A stretch of 64,000 nucleotides of DNA from an uncultured Mageeibacillus sp. GTDB taxonomy: Bacteria > Bacillota > Clostridia > Saccharofermentanales > DTU023. Below the pieces are notes generated by a model. That model saw only the letters and a program-made list of their open reading frames with translations, was not told the DNA's origin and ran no database searches. The stretch lies in contig CAZAKT010000001.1 of the NCBI GenBank assembly GCA_964486135.1, forward strand, positions 18,631 through 82,630, read 5' to 3'. Positions 9,849 through 17,848 of this stretch are shown here, one piece after another (within the stretch, counting starts at the first letter, position 1; the number at the start of each line of letters is the position of its first letter). A program made the position numbers and the translations under genes.

Positions 9849-10519
9849 GCCGGCTTTCAAAGGTCGGACGGGCCCGCGACATTGCGGACCTTTTGTTGGC
9901 GCGCTATCCCGAGGCCAGTTGCACCCTCTCGCACCGATCCCCCTGGGAGCTGCTTGTGGGTGCCATCCTGGCCTCCCAATGTACGGACGAGCGTGTAAAC
10001 AGGATTACACCTGCCCTCTTTACCCGTTATCCCGATGCGGAGGCCATGGCCGGGGCCGAACTGGGAGAGCTTGAGGGGCTGATCCGGAGCTGTGGTCTTT
10101 TCCGGTCGAAGGCGCGGGCCCTGATCGGAAGCGCCCAGGCGATCCTGGACCAGCACGGGGGGCGGGTGCCTTCTTCAGCCCCCGCCCTGATGGAACTGCC
10201 CGGTGTCGGCCGCAAGATTGCCAATCTGCTTATGGGCGACGCCTTCGGGGCCCAGGCGGTTGTTGTCGACACACATTGCGCCAGGATAAGCCATCTGATC
10301 GGCTTCACTGACAGCGATAAACCACTAAGGATCGAGCGGGACCTGATGGATCAACTGCCGGAGGACTTGTGGACCCTATGGGGCCACCTTATGGTCGCCC
10401 ACGGACGGGTACTCTGCCGGGCCCGCTGCCGGGACTGCCTTGCCTGTCCCATCCGCCAACTTTGCCGCTATGGAGCGGCCGTCGATCCTGCTTCCGGAAA
10501 AGAGGGCGATTGTGTCTGA
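9845..10519 (+). CDS. nth: Endonuclease III (HhH-GPD DNA glycosylase/AP lyase with a 4Fe-4S cluster)
   Basis: It has 'WELLVGAILASQCTDERVN', the HhH motif 'LPGVGRKIANLL', and a C-terminal Cys cluster 'CRARCRDCLACPIRQLC'. Confidence 0.9.
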   Translation: MSRLSKVGRARDIADLLLARYPEASCTLSHRSPWELLVGAILASQCTDERVNRITPALFTRYPDAEAMAGAELGELEGLIRSCGLFRSKARALIGSAQAILDQHGGRVPSSAPALMELPGVGRKIANLLMGDAFGAQAVVVDTHCARISHLIGFTDSDKPLRIERDLMDQLPEDLWTLWGHLMVAHGRVLCRARCRDCLACPIRQLCRYGAAVDPASGKEGDCV

Positions 10520-12593
10520 GCCGGGAAGGGAGGACTGGCTGGGTCAGAGGCCAGGGGTTCTTCCCGGTATTTCGGACAAGAGGGAGCGGCTTTTTTCCAA
10601 GCTGGGCATCGAAAGCATAGGTGAACTCCTTTGGCACCTGCCCCGATCCTACGAAAATTGGCAGGATCGCCTGTCCGTCAGCTCATTGCGAAGCGGGGAG
10701 ATCGCTGTATTCGAAGCGGTAGTCGAGAATGTCCCTTCCCTCTCCAGGCGGGGGAAATTGACCTACACGCGTGCCCGGCTTGCCGATGACAGCGGATCAA
10801 TCCAGGCGGTCTGGTTCAACCAGCCCTGGGTCGCCAACCAGATCCGGAGGGGGGAAGCCTATATCTTTCGGGGCAGGATTGAGAGCGGCCGGGGCCGGTC
10901 TGTCGTCAATCCGGAATTTCGTCCGGCGGACCAGGCTGCCAACCTGCCCCCCCTCCTGCCGGTTTATCCCCTGACGGCAGGCCTCTTCCAGTCCAATATC
11001 AGGCAGGCAGTCTCGGCTGCCCTGAAGAAGCCGGGCCTCCACTTTGAAGAGACCTTGCCGGCCGCCATCCGCCGGGAGGGGAAGTTGGCCACGGCCGATT
11101 TTTCCATCCGGCGCATTCATTTCCCCGCTGACCTCCATGAGGTGGACTTGGCCCGGCGACGCCTGGCCTTTGAGGAACTCTTTTTAGTCCTGGCGGGGCT
11201 TCGCGCCCTGAAAGCTGGCCGGCAGAAGGTAAAGGGACCGGCCATGAGGGTGGAAAAAGAGACAGGAGAAAAGCTGGACCAGCTGCTTGTCGGACTGCCT
11301 TACGATTTGACCCCCTCCCAGCGATCGACTGTGGAAGCCATCCTGGATGACTACCGCAGGCAGAAACCGGCCAACCGCCTCATACAAGGTGATGTCGGTT
11401 CGGGCAAGACGGTCGTGGCCGCCGCCGCCATGGCTGTGGCCTGCTGGGAGGGCTATCAGTCGGTGCTCCTGGCGCCGACAACGATTCTGGCGGACCAGCA
11501 TGCCCGGACAGTCGCGGACCTGCTGGAGGGGAGCGGCCTTGAGATCGCCTTGCTCACGGGGGCCGTGCCCCCCTCCAAACGACGGCTTTTGCTCCAGGGA
11601 TTGGCCGACGGGACCATCGACATCCTGATCGGGACCCACGCCATACTTGAGCAGGATGTCGTCTTCTCGAAACTGGCTTGCTGTGTGACGGATGAGCAGC
11701 ATCGCTTCGGTGTCAGGCAGCGTCTTAGCTTGACGGGGAGGGGGGATCTGCATCCCCACGTTTTGGTTATGTCGGCCACCCCCATTCCCAGGACCCTGGC
11801 CATGATTCTGTACGGGGACCTTGACATATCGGAGATAAGGGATATGCCTCAAGGCCGCCTGCCCGTCAAGACCTATACAGCGACTGAAAAGGACAGGCCG
11901 CGCATCGATCGCATGATCAGGGGAGAGGTGGAAAAGGGGGGGAAGGTTTATGTGGTCTGTCCCACCATTGAGGAGGCCGAGGGGCTGGATCTTCAATCGG
12001 CGGAGGCCATCTACGAAAGACTGTCAGGACAGGTCTTCAGTGACAGGCGGGTCGCTCTCCTGCACGGTCGCCTGAAAGCGAAGGAAAAGGCCGAGGTCAT
12101 GGCTGCCTTTGGCCGCGGGGAAATCGATATCCTGGTGTCGACAACCGTCATTGAGGTCGGGATAGACCAACCGGAGGCAACCCTGCTCCTGGTCGAGAAC
12201 GCGGAACGGTTTGGTCTGTCACAGCTCCATCAATTGCGGGGTCGGGTCGGCCGGTCACAGCTTCAATCCTACTGTGTCCTGGTAAGCGACAGCGAGGATC
12301 CCCTGATCAAGCGGCGGCTGAGGGCGCTTTGCAAAAACCACAGCGGTTTTGCCATTGCGGAGGAGGACCTGAAACTGAGGGGGCCGGGTGACTTGTTCGG
12401 TATGCAACAACATGGTCTTCCCGACTTCAAGATCGCGAATCTCTATGAGGATAGCCAACTCCTGAAGGAAGCAGCCGCCGCCTCCGAAAGCATTTTCAGG
12501 GATGATCCCGATCTGAAGAAGCCGGAAAACAGCAGGATCCTGGAAGCCTTCCGGTCGCGCTACGGTGATCGCCTGTCACGACCAGGCTTATAA
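10470..12593 (+). CDS. recG: ATP-dependent DNA helicase RecG
   Basis: The start region reads 'LGIESIGELLWHLPRSY'. Helicase motifs are Walker A 'GDVGSGKT', 'DEQHRFG', 'MSATPIPRT' and 'QLHQLRGRVGR'. The start is uncertain between ATG 10470 and GTG 10512. Confidence 0.9.
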   Translation: MERPSILLPEKRAIVSEPGREDWLGQRPGVLPGISDKRERLFSKLGIESIGELLWHLPRSYENWQDRLSVSSLRSGEIAVFEAVVENVPSLSRRGKLTYTRARLADDSGSIQAVWFNQPWVANQIRRGEAYIFRGRIESGRGRSVVNPEFRPADQAANLPPLLPVYPLTAGLFQSNIRQAVSAALKKPGLHFEETLPAAIRREGKLATADFSIRRIHFPADLHEVDLARRRLAFEELFLVLAGLRALKAGRQKVKGPAMRVEKETGEKLDQLLVGLPYDLTPSQRSTVEAILDDYRRQKPANRLIQGDVGSGKTVVAAAAMAVACWEGYQSVLLAPTTILADQHARTVADLLEGSGLEIALLTGAVPPSKRRLLLQGLADGTIDILIGTHAILEQDVVFSKLACCVTDEQHRFGVRQRLSLTGRGDLHPHVLVMSATPIPRTLAMILYGDLDISEIRDMPQGRLPVKTYTATEKDRPRIDRMIRGEVEKGGKVYVVCPTIEEAEGLDLQSAEAIYERLSGQVFSDRRVALLHGRLKAKEKAEVMAAFGRGEIDILVSTTVIEVGIDQPEATLLLVENAERFGLSQLHQLRGRVGRSQLQSYCVLVSDSEDPLIKRRLRALCKNHSGFAIAEEDLKLRGPGDLFGMQQHGLPDFKIANLYEDSQLLKEAAAASESIFRDDPDLKKPENSRILEAFRSRYGDRLSRPGL

Positions 12594-12603
12594 GGGGGAA
12601 CTT

Positions 12604-13206
12604 GTGCCCAGGATCATCACAGGGAAAGCCAAGGGGACAAAACTTGTCACCCCCGCGGGATCAGCCTGCCGGCCGACTTCAGGCCGGACAAAGGAGGCGC
12701 TTTTCTCCCTCCTGGGGAGCCGGGTCGAAGGCGCCCGCCTCCTGGATCTCTTTGCCGGTTCTGGCCAGATCGCCTTGGAGGCCCTCTCGCGCGGTGCCGC
12801 TGAGGCCGTCTTGATTGAGAGGGACCGGCTGGCGCTCAAGGCAATTAAGACCAACATCCAAAAGACCGGTTTAAGCAAGGGAGCCCGCTTGCTGGCGGGT
12901 GATTACAGGGGTCGGCTCAAGCAGCTGAAAAGGGCCGGTGAGAGCTTTGACATCATCTATGTCGACCCACCCTGGCGCAGGTCGGCCGGTATCTGGAAGG
13001 CAATGGAAGACTTGCTCCTTCCCCTCCTCCTGCCTGACGGGATGATCATTCTGGAGTCTGACAAGACTGATGGGCTGGAAGGCTTGCCAGACACGGCGCT
13101 GACACTTGTCCGCAGTTGTCAGTACGGTAGCGGCGTGCTATCCTTTTACCAGTTTAAAGCCGGATTCAGCGGGAAGGAACCGCCCAGGGACAGGATTATA
13201 GAATGA
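12604..13206 (+). CDS. rsmD: 16S rRNA (guanine966-N2)-methyltransferase RsmD
   Basis: It reads 'RIITGKAKGTKL..P....RPTSGRTKEALFS', with 'DLFAGSGQIALEALSRGA' and 'VDPPW'. GTG 12604 follows AAGGGGGA. The upstream extension overlapping recG was rejected. Confidence 0.85.
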   Translation: MPRIITGKAKGTKLVTPAGSACRPTSGRTKEALFSLLGSRVEGARLLDLFAGSGQIALEALSRGAAEAVLIERDRLALKAIKTNIQKTGLSKGARLLAGDYRGRLKQLKRAGESFDIIYVDPPWRRSAGIWKAMEDLLLPLLLPDGMIILESDKTDGLEGLPDTALTLVRSCQYGSGVLSFYQFKAGFSGKEPPRDRIIE

Positions 13207-13238
13207 CCAGGAATTTTGATCTCAAGGGGAGAAACCCT

Positions 13239-13736
13239 ATGGTATTTCCGGGGACTTTCGACCCCTTTACGGCGGGTCACCTCAGTATTGTGCGGCGGGC
13301 GGCAGGCCTATGTGATGAACTGGTGGTGGCCGTTTTTGACAACTACAGCAAGAGGCCGGTTATGAAGCGGGAAGACAGGGTCTGCCTGATAAGGAAAGCC
13401 TTGGCGGATCTTCCCCTTGTAACCGTCGTCGCTTTCGACGGACTTCTGGTCGAATTTTGCCGGGAAAACAATATCGGGACCGTTATCCGCGGTATCCGGG
13501 ATCCCTCCCAATTCGAGGAGGAACAGACCATGGCTGAAATCAACCGTCGGATTGGCCAGGGGATCGAGACCCTTTTTCTGCCGGCCTGGTCCGAACTGAG
13601 GCATGTGTCATCGTCGGCTGTTCGTGAGATTGCCAAGCTGGGGGGAGACATCACTGGATTTGTTCCCGGGCTGATTGAAGAGGATATCGTGAAATCCTAT
13701 GCAGGAGAATCACGGGGAGGTGAGACCAATGAATGA
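13239..13736 (+). CDS. coaD: Phosphopantetheine adenylyltransferase CoaD
   Basis: It starts 'MVFPGTFDPFTAGHLSIVRRA' (the T/HxGH motif) and has 'ISSSAVREI' near the C-terminus. An RBS (AAGGGGA) precedes ATG 13239. Confidence 0.9.
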   Translation: MVFPGTFDPFTAGHLSIVRRAAGLCDELVVAVFDNYSKRPVMKREDRVCLIRKALADLPLVTVVAFDGLLVEFCRENNIGTVIRGIRDPSQFEEEQTMAEINRRIGQGIETLFLPAWSELRHVSSSAVREIAKLGGDITGFVPGLIEEDIVKSYAGESRGGETNE

Positions 13737-14253
13737 CTATCAGGGCAGGCGTTCCAATGAGAGGGAAGAGCCGCGCAGACCGGCCCGGCCGCGTGATGAC
13801 AGGAGCGTGGAGACCTTGCTCGACCGCCTGGAGGCTGAATTGATGGACGCGAAGAATCTTCCCTTCTCGGACAAGTGTGTGGTCGAGAGAGAGGAGATGC
13901 TCTTCCTGGTCAGGATGATCCGTGAGGGCCTGCCCGAGGAATTTGAGCGGGCCAAATGGGTACTCCAGCAAAATCGCCAATTGATCAGTCAGGCGAGGCG
14001 GGAGGCGGACACGATAATGCGGGACGCCGAAGCGCAGATGGCCCGTATGATCGATGAGCACGAAGTGACCCAGCAGGCGCTTAACAACGCATCCGTCATG
14101 ATCGACGACGCGACCCGTCAAGGCTCTGAAATCAGGGCCGCTGCCATTGATTACGCTCACGAGATGATGACCAATCTGGAGAATCATCTGACAGATATCC
14201 TGGTCAACATCACAAGAAACAAGAAGAGCCTGGGAGATTCCGATGGCGTCTGA
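13729..14253 (+). CDS. Conserved coiled-coil protein of unknown function
   Basis: ATG 13729 follows GGAGGTG. The protein has an Arg-rich N-terminus, then a continuous heptad-like helical sequence (LLDRLEAEL...READTIMRDAEAQ...). From memory, proteins with this layout sit next to coaD in Clostridia and are often annotated 'ATPase' or V-ATPase subunit H-like. I saw no catalytic motif. Confidence 0.5.
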   Translation: MNDYQGRRSNEREEPRRPARPRDDRSVETLLDRLEAELMDAKNLPFSDKCVVEREEMLFLVRMIREGLPEEFERAKWVLQQNRQLISQARREADTIMRDAEAQMARMIDEHEVTQQALNNASVMIDDATRQGSEIRAAAIDYAHEMMTNLENHLTDILVNITRNKKSLGDSDGV

Positions 14254-15337
14254 ACTTAATATTGTCGTTCTGTTCGGTGGGAAATCGGGAGAACATGATG
14301 TCTCGCGGTCTTCGGCCGCCTATATCATCGAAACACTGGGCCAGTGCCCGGAATACAGGATCCTGCCCGTCGGCATTACCAGAGAGGGCAGCTGGTACGC
14401 CTACGGGGGTCCCGTCTCCGCCATGCGGGAGGGTAACTGGCTGGAAGAAGGCCCGGTAAGTCCCGCCACCCTCCTGCCCGACACGGGCAGGCATTTTCTC
14501 TTTACCAGGCGGCAGGGGCAGACGGTAAGCCATTCCGTTGATTGCGTCTTCCCCGTCCTTCATGGAAGATATGGAGAGGATGGCACCATCCAAGGGATGT
14601 TGGAAATGGCTGGCATTCCTTTTGTCGGCTGCGGAATGACTTCCTGCGCCCTGGCCATGGACAAGGTCTTCGCCAATACCATCTTCGACTATAAAGGAAT
14701 TCCGCACACGCCCTGGCAGTCCCTGGACCGCGATTCCTGGCTCAAGGACGGCTCACGGATCCTCCCTGACCTGGTCAAGGGCTTCACCTATCCCTTATTT
14801 GTCAAGCCGGCCCGGGCGGGTTCCTCACTGGGGATCAGCCGGGTACTCGAGCAGCAGGATCTGCCGGCTGCCATTGACCGGGCCCTGGTCCATGACCGGA
14901 AGGTAATCATTGAAGAGGCGGTCCGGGGCAGAGAGCTGGAGATTGCCGCCCTTGGCGGCTATGGGGAACCGGTTCTCTCCCCTATAGGCGAGATCATTCC
15001 CGACCGTGATTTCTATGATTATGATTCCAAGTATGAGGAGCATTCGGCTTCACAGTTGATCATACCGGCGGAACTGACGGATGGGGAGGAGGCTGCCTTG
15101 CGAAAAATCGCGGTGGATGCCTGGGGGGCGCTTGAATGCTATGGCCTGGCCCGGATTGATTTCTTCCTCTCGGAGGATGGCCGGATTCTCTTGAATGAGA
15201 TTAATACCATGCCGGGATTTGTCAGTATCAGTATGTATCCGAGACTCTTCCGCGCCGCCGGTTATGGCGACGCGCAACTCTTGAGGGAATTAATCAACCT
15301 GGCCCTGGCGCGGGGATGGAATGGGGATATGAGGTAA
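14243..15337 (+). CDS. ddl: D-alanine--D-alanine ligase
   Basis: It has 'VLFGGKSGEHDVS', 'VFPVLHGRYGEDGTIQG', and an ATP-grasp C-terminus 'RIDFF......LNEINTMPG'. Confidence 0.92.
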   Translation: MASELNIVVLFGGKSGEHDVSRSSAAYIIETLGQCPEYRILPVGITREGSWYAYGGPVSAMREGNWLEEGPVSPATLLPDTGRHFLFTRRQGQTVSHSVDCVFPVLHGRYGEDGTIQGMLEMAGIPFVGCGMTSCALAMDKVFANTIFDYKGIPHTPWQSLDRDSWLKDGSRILPDLVKGFTYPLFVKPARAGSSLGISRVLEQQDLPAAIDRALVHDRKVIIEEAVRGRELEIAALGGYGEPVLSPIGEIIPDRDFYDYDSKYEEHSASQLIIPAELTDGEEAALRKIAVDAWGALECYGLARIDFFLSEDGRILLNEINTMPGFVSISMYPRLFRAAGYGDAQLLRELINLALARGWNGDMR

Positions 15338-15340
15338 AAA

Positions 15341-16852
15341 ATGCTGAACCCAGATATGATCTTGATTGTGATTGTGGCCTTTTCTGCCGTCTTGGCCACT
15401 GCTCTTGTGGTCTTTATGACGCTTGTCCTTTTGAAGAACCGCCGGCAGCTTGACCAGGCCCGACTCCTGACCGAGGATGGCCTGGCCCTCCTGGACAGGG
15501 CAGGGAGCAGGGATACTGATTCCGTGACGGCCCTCTTTTCCTTGTCGGACCGGCCTGAACTGCAGGCCTTTGGTGAAAGGCTTGCAAGTATCAGCCAGCT
15601 GCATTTCCAGGGGCGTTTCCTGCCCGACCCGGGGCCTGTCCTGGCCTCACTCGGACTCTTCCCCTCCCAGCAAATGAAAGAGAGCGGGAGGCTTTCCTCC
15701 CTGATATGCTTCTCCTTGGGGGCAGGCGGCTTTGTTTTGGCCCTCCTCCTTCCCTTTGCGGCCGGTTTGACCACCCTCGCCCTGCCTGTCTCCCTCTCCC
15801 TTCTCCTCCTGGCCCTGGTCTGCGCCCTGGTTACCCTCTGGCACACCTACAAATCGGCTCTCGTCCTGGAAGAAGAGAAGAATAGGCTCTGTGTCGTATT
15901 GGCGGCCAAGGCGCCTGTTTTCATGGACTCGACAGGTGTTGCCGTCCTGGTGAGTGAGATGATTGGCTATGGGGAAAGAATAAGGAGCGAAGTGGTCGAA
16001 TTCTCGAGACTGGCCGACGAGTTGGCCGCGGGAGAATTTGCGGAAGGAATTAAGACAAGCGTCAGGGAGATTATGAAAGAAGAGGTGGCGCCGCCCCTGA
16101 AGGACTCCAATTATGCCCTGACTGAACTTGCCCGCTCCCTTGCCGAGAAGCAGGAGCAGGGTATGGCTGACCTTGCTGACTCTTTTTCCGATTCCGTCGC
16201 GCAGGCCCTGTCCCAGCACCTGGCGCCCCTGCCCGATAAGCTGCAGATCCTTCATCAGGTCGCGGCTCACAGCTCCGATATGATGGAAGAGGCTACTGCC
16301 TCCATGGCAAGGACAAGGGATGAGAGCAAGGAGATCAACGAGGATGTCCGCGAGGCGCTCCGCTTGATGGCCCTGGCAAAAAATGATATTGCTGACGAAA
16401 TGGCCTCCATCAGTGACAGTCTGGAGATACTGGCAGAGAGTACCGGGAAAATGACGGCCCTCTACGCCGATGAAGAGACTGACCTGGCCTCCCATATCAA
16501 GGAAATGACTGAACAGCTGCGGATTTATTCCGAAAAGATTGGCCAAGGGATCACCGAGAGTTCGAAGGCAATCGAGGCTTCTGTAAAGATGTCGGCATCC
16601 CATAACAAGAACGCGGCCATCCTGATGGAGCGCCTCGATGAACAACTCAGCATCCTTGAGGATCTGGGCCGGCAAATCAGCGATAATACGACCAATTTCA
16701 CCAAGGAATCAGCCAGTTTCGTCAGCAGGACCCTGGAAGAGTACGATGTCAGTCTGGCCGAGGTGGTTGAGCGCCTGACCTTTACGACGGCGGAAATCCG
16801 CGACGCCATTGACGTTCTGCCCCAGGCCATCCGGGGAGCGGGCGACAATTAG
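15341..16852 (+). CDS. Hypothetical membrane protein: TM1, about 85-aa loop, TM2-TM3 hairpin, then an all-helical tail of about 335 aa
   Basis: ATG lies 3 nt after the ddl stop, with GAGG upstream. Hydrophobic segments are at aa 6-31 and 119-167. The rest is rich in E/A/L/S/D with few prolines and no glycine-rich stretches. I recognised no family motif. Confidence 0.6.
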   Translation: MLNPDMILIVIVAFSAVLATALVVFMTLVLLKNRRQLDQARLLTEDGLALLDRAGSRDTDSVTALFSLSDRPELQAFGERLASISQLHFQGRFLPDPGPVLASLGLFPSQQMKESGRLSSLICFSLGAGGFVLALLLPFAAGLTTLALPVSLSLLLLALVCALVTLWHTYKSALVLEEEKNRLCVVLAAKAPVFMDSTGVAVLVSEMIGYGERIRSEVVEFSRLADELAAGEFAEGIKTSVREIMKEEVAPPLKDSNYALTELARSLAEKQEQGMADLADSFSDSVAQALSQHLAPLPDKLQILHQVAAHSSDMMEEATASMARTRDESKEINEDVREALRLMALAKNDIADEMASISDSLEILAESTGKMTALYADEETDLASHIKEMTEQLRIYSEKIGQGITESSKAIEASVKMSASHNKNAAILMERLDEQLSILEDLGRQISDNTTNFTKESASFVSRTLEEYDVSLAEVVERLTFTTAEIRDAIDVLPQAIRGAGDN

Positions 16853-16854
16853 GC

Positions 16855-17814
16855 ATGGATGGGAAGAGCAAGCAGGACCAGGGGCCGGTCCCCAAAAGGG
16901 ATAGGAGCCAGAGGGGCGGTTCAATCAGACCCGTCACCCTCAACTTGCCCAAATCAGCGGAAGAAGATACAAGCCGGTTGGATCCGGCAGTAATCCCTGA
17001 GCTTCGCCCCCGCAAGCTTGATCTACCTGTATCCCCGGAAAAAACACCGGCCGTCCCGCCCCTTCGTCAGAAGCCTGCCAAACGGGCCCTTCCGCCCCGC
17101 CGAGAGATCCCCCTGGTCTACAAGAGCCTGGGAGAGGCCTTGGAGGGCTGCCGCGACAAGCACCCCTTGCCGGTTGAATTGATTTTCAGCCAGGAAGCCT
17201 CCCATTCGACCTGGCTCCTTTCCCAGTTGAGGGGGGTCAGGACGAGAAGGGAGCTTCAGAAATTTGCTGACAGCTTGGGTCCCCGGGACCTGGCCCTGCT
17301 TTTCACAACGCTTTCAACCTTGAAACGTCGCGAGGAAACGGCCCAAATCCAAAACTTGATTCGTCTCAGGGCCTCTCATTACTTGTATTTATGTGGTTGG
17401 CTGACGCTCCAATATACCTATCCGAGGGCTTCTGTTTCCGATGCCCTGGCCGACCTTTGCATGATCCTGGAGGATATCCGTTTTGTCCGTGACAATGAAC
17501 GGAGGATGAGCCGCAGGACGGTCAGGCCCTTGCCGGCTATTCCACTTGGTCCAGGCCGTGTCCTCTGGAGCCGGGTTCCGCTGATTTCGGGGATAGCCTT
17601 GCCCAACAGCAGGCACTTCATTTCAGATATCGCAGGTGAGATCTATGATTCAAAGCTGGATCTGAGTGAATTCTATCTGGAGTACGCGCTTTTCCCTGAT
17701 CTCCCCCTCGCCGAGGCCATTACGGCGCGTTACAACGAGATGGTCTCAGGTGTGTCCGCCAACCCCCTTTTATCCCAGGATTTCTTCGACCGCTTCCGAA
17801 AACCGGGTCAATAA
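16855..17814 (+). CDS. Hypothetical protein: Pro/Arg/Lys-rich N-terminus of about 85 aa plus an aromatic-rich helical domain of about 230 aa
   Basis: ATG lies 2 nt after the preceding stop, so the two genes are translationally coupled. The codon pattern matches the neighbouring genes. I recognised no motif. Confidence 0.55.
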   Translation: MDGKSKQDQGPVPKRDRSQRGGSIRPVTLNLPKSAEEDTSRLDPAVIPELRPRKLDLPVSPEKTPAVPPLRQKPAKRALPPRREIPLVYKSLGEALEGCRDKHPLPVELIFSQEASHSTWLLSQLRGVRTRRELQKFADSLGPRDLALLFTTLSTLKRREETAQIQNLIRLRASHYLYLCGWLTLQYTYPRASVSDALADLCMILEDIRFVRDNERRMSRRTVRPLPAIPLGPGRVLWSRVPLISGIALPNSRHFISDIAGEIYDSKLDLSEFYLEYALFPDLPLAEAITARYNEMVSGVSANPLLSQDFFDRFRKPGQ

Positions 17815-17848
17815 ATAAGGACTGTACTCTACGACAAGGCGTGGAAGA

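Noticed and set aside
10440-10519. An 80-nt overlap of nth and recG, and similar long N-terminal ORF extensions: rsmD from 12565, coaD from 13203, trpA from 27845, trpB from 28935, pyrG from 31810, mutS2 from 45931, glgB from 48482 and glgC from 50388.
   Set aside because: In each case an internal ATG or GTG with a proper Shine-Dalgarno sequence coincides with the conserved N-terminus of the family. The extensions are artefacts of taking the longest ORF.
15341-17814. Interpreting the unknown pair as a Zorya-like (ZorA plus EH-signature ZorC) anti-phage module.
   Set aside because: There is no MotB/ZorB-like gene, no ZorD-like helicase or nuclease, and no 'GLLGT'/'T..GL..A.P' MotA/ExbB TM motifs visible in gene 1. 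The pair is translationally coupled to housekeeping ddl and its composition matches the core genome. I keep this only as a hypothesis to exclude by HMM search.
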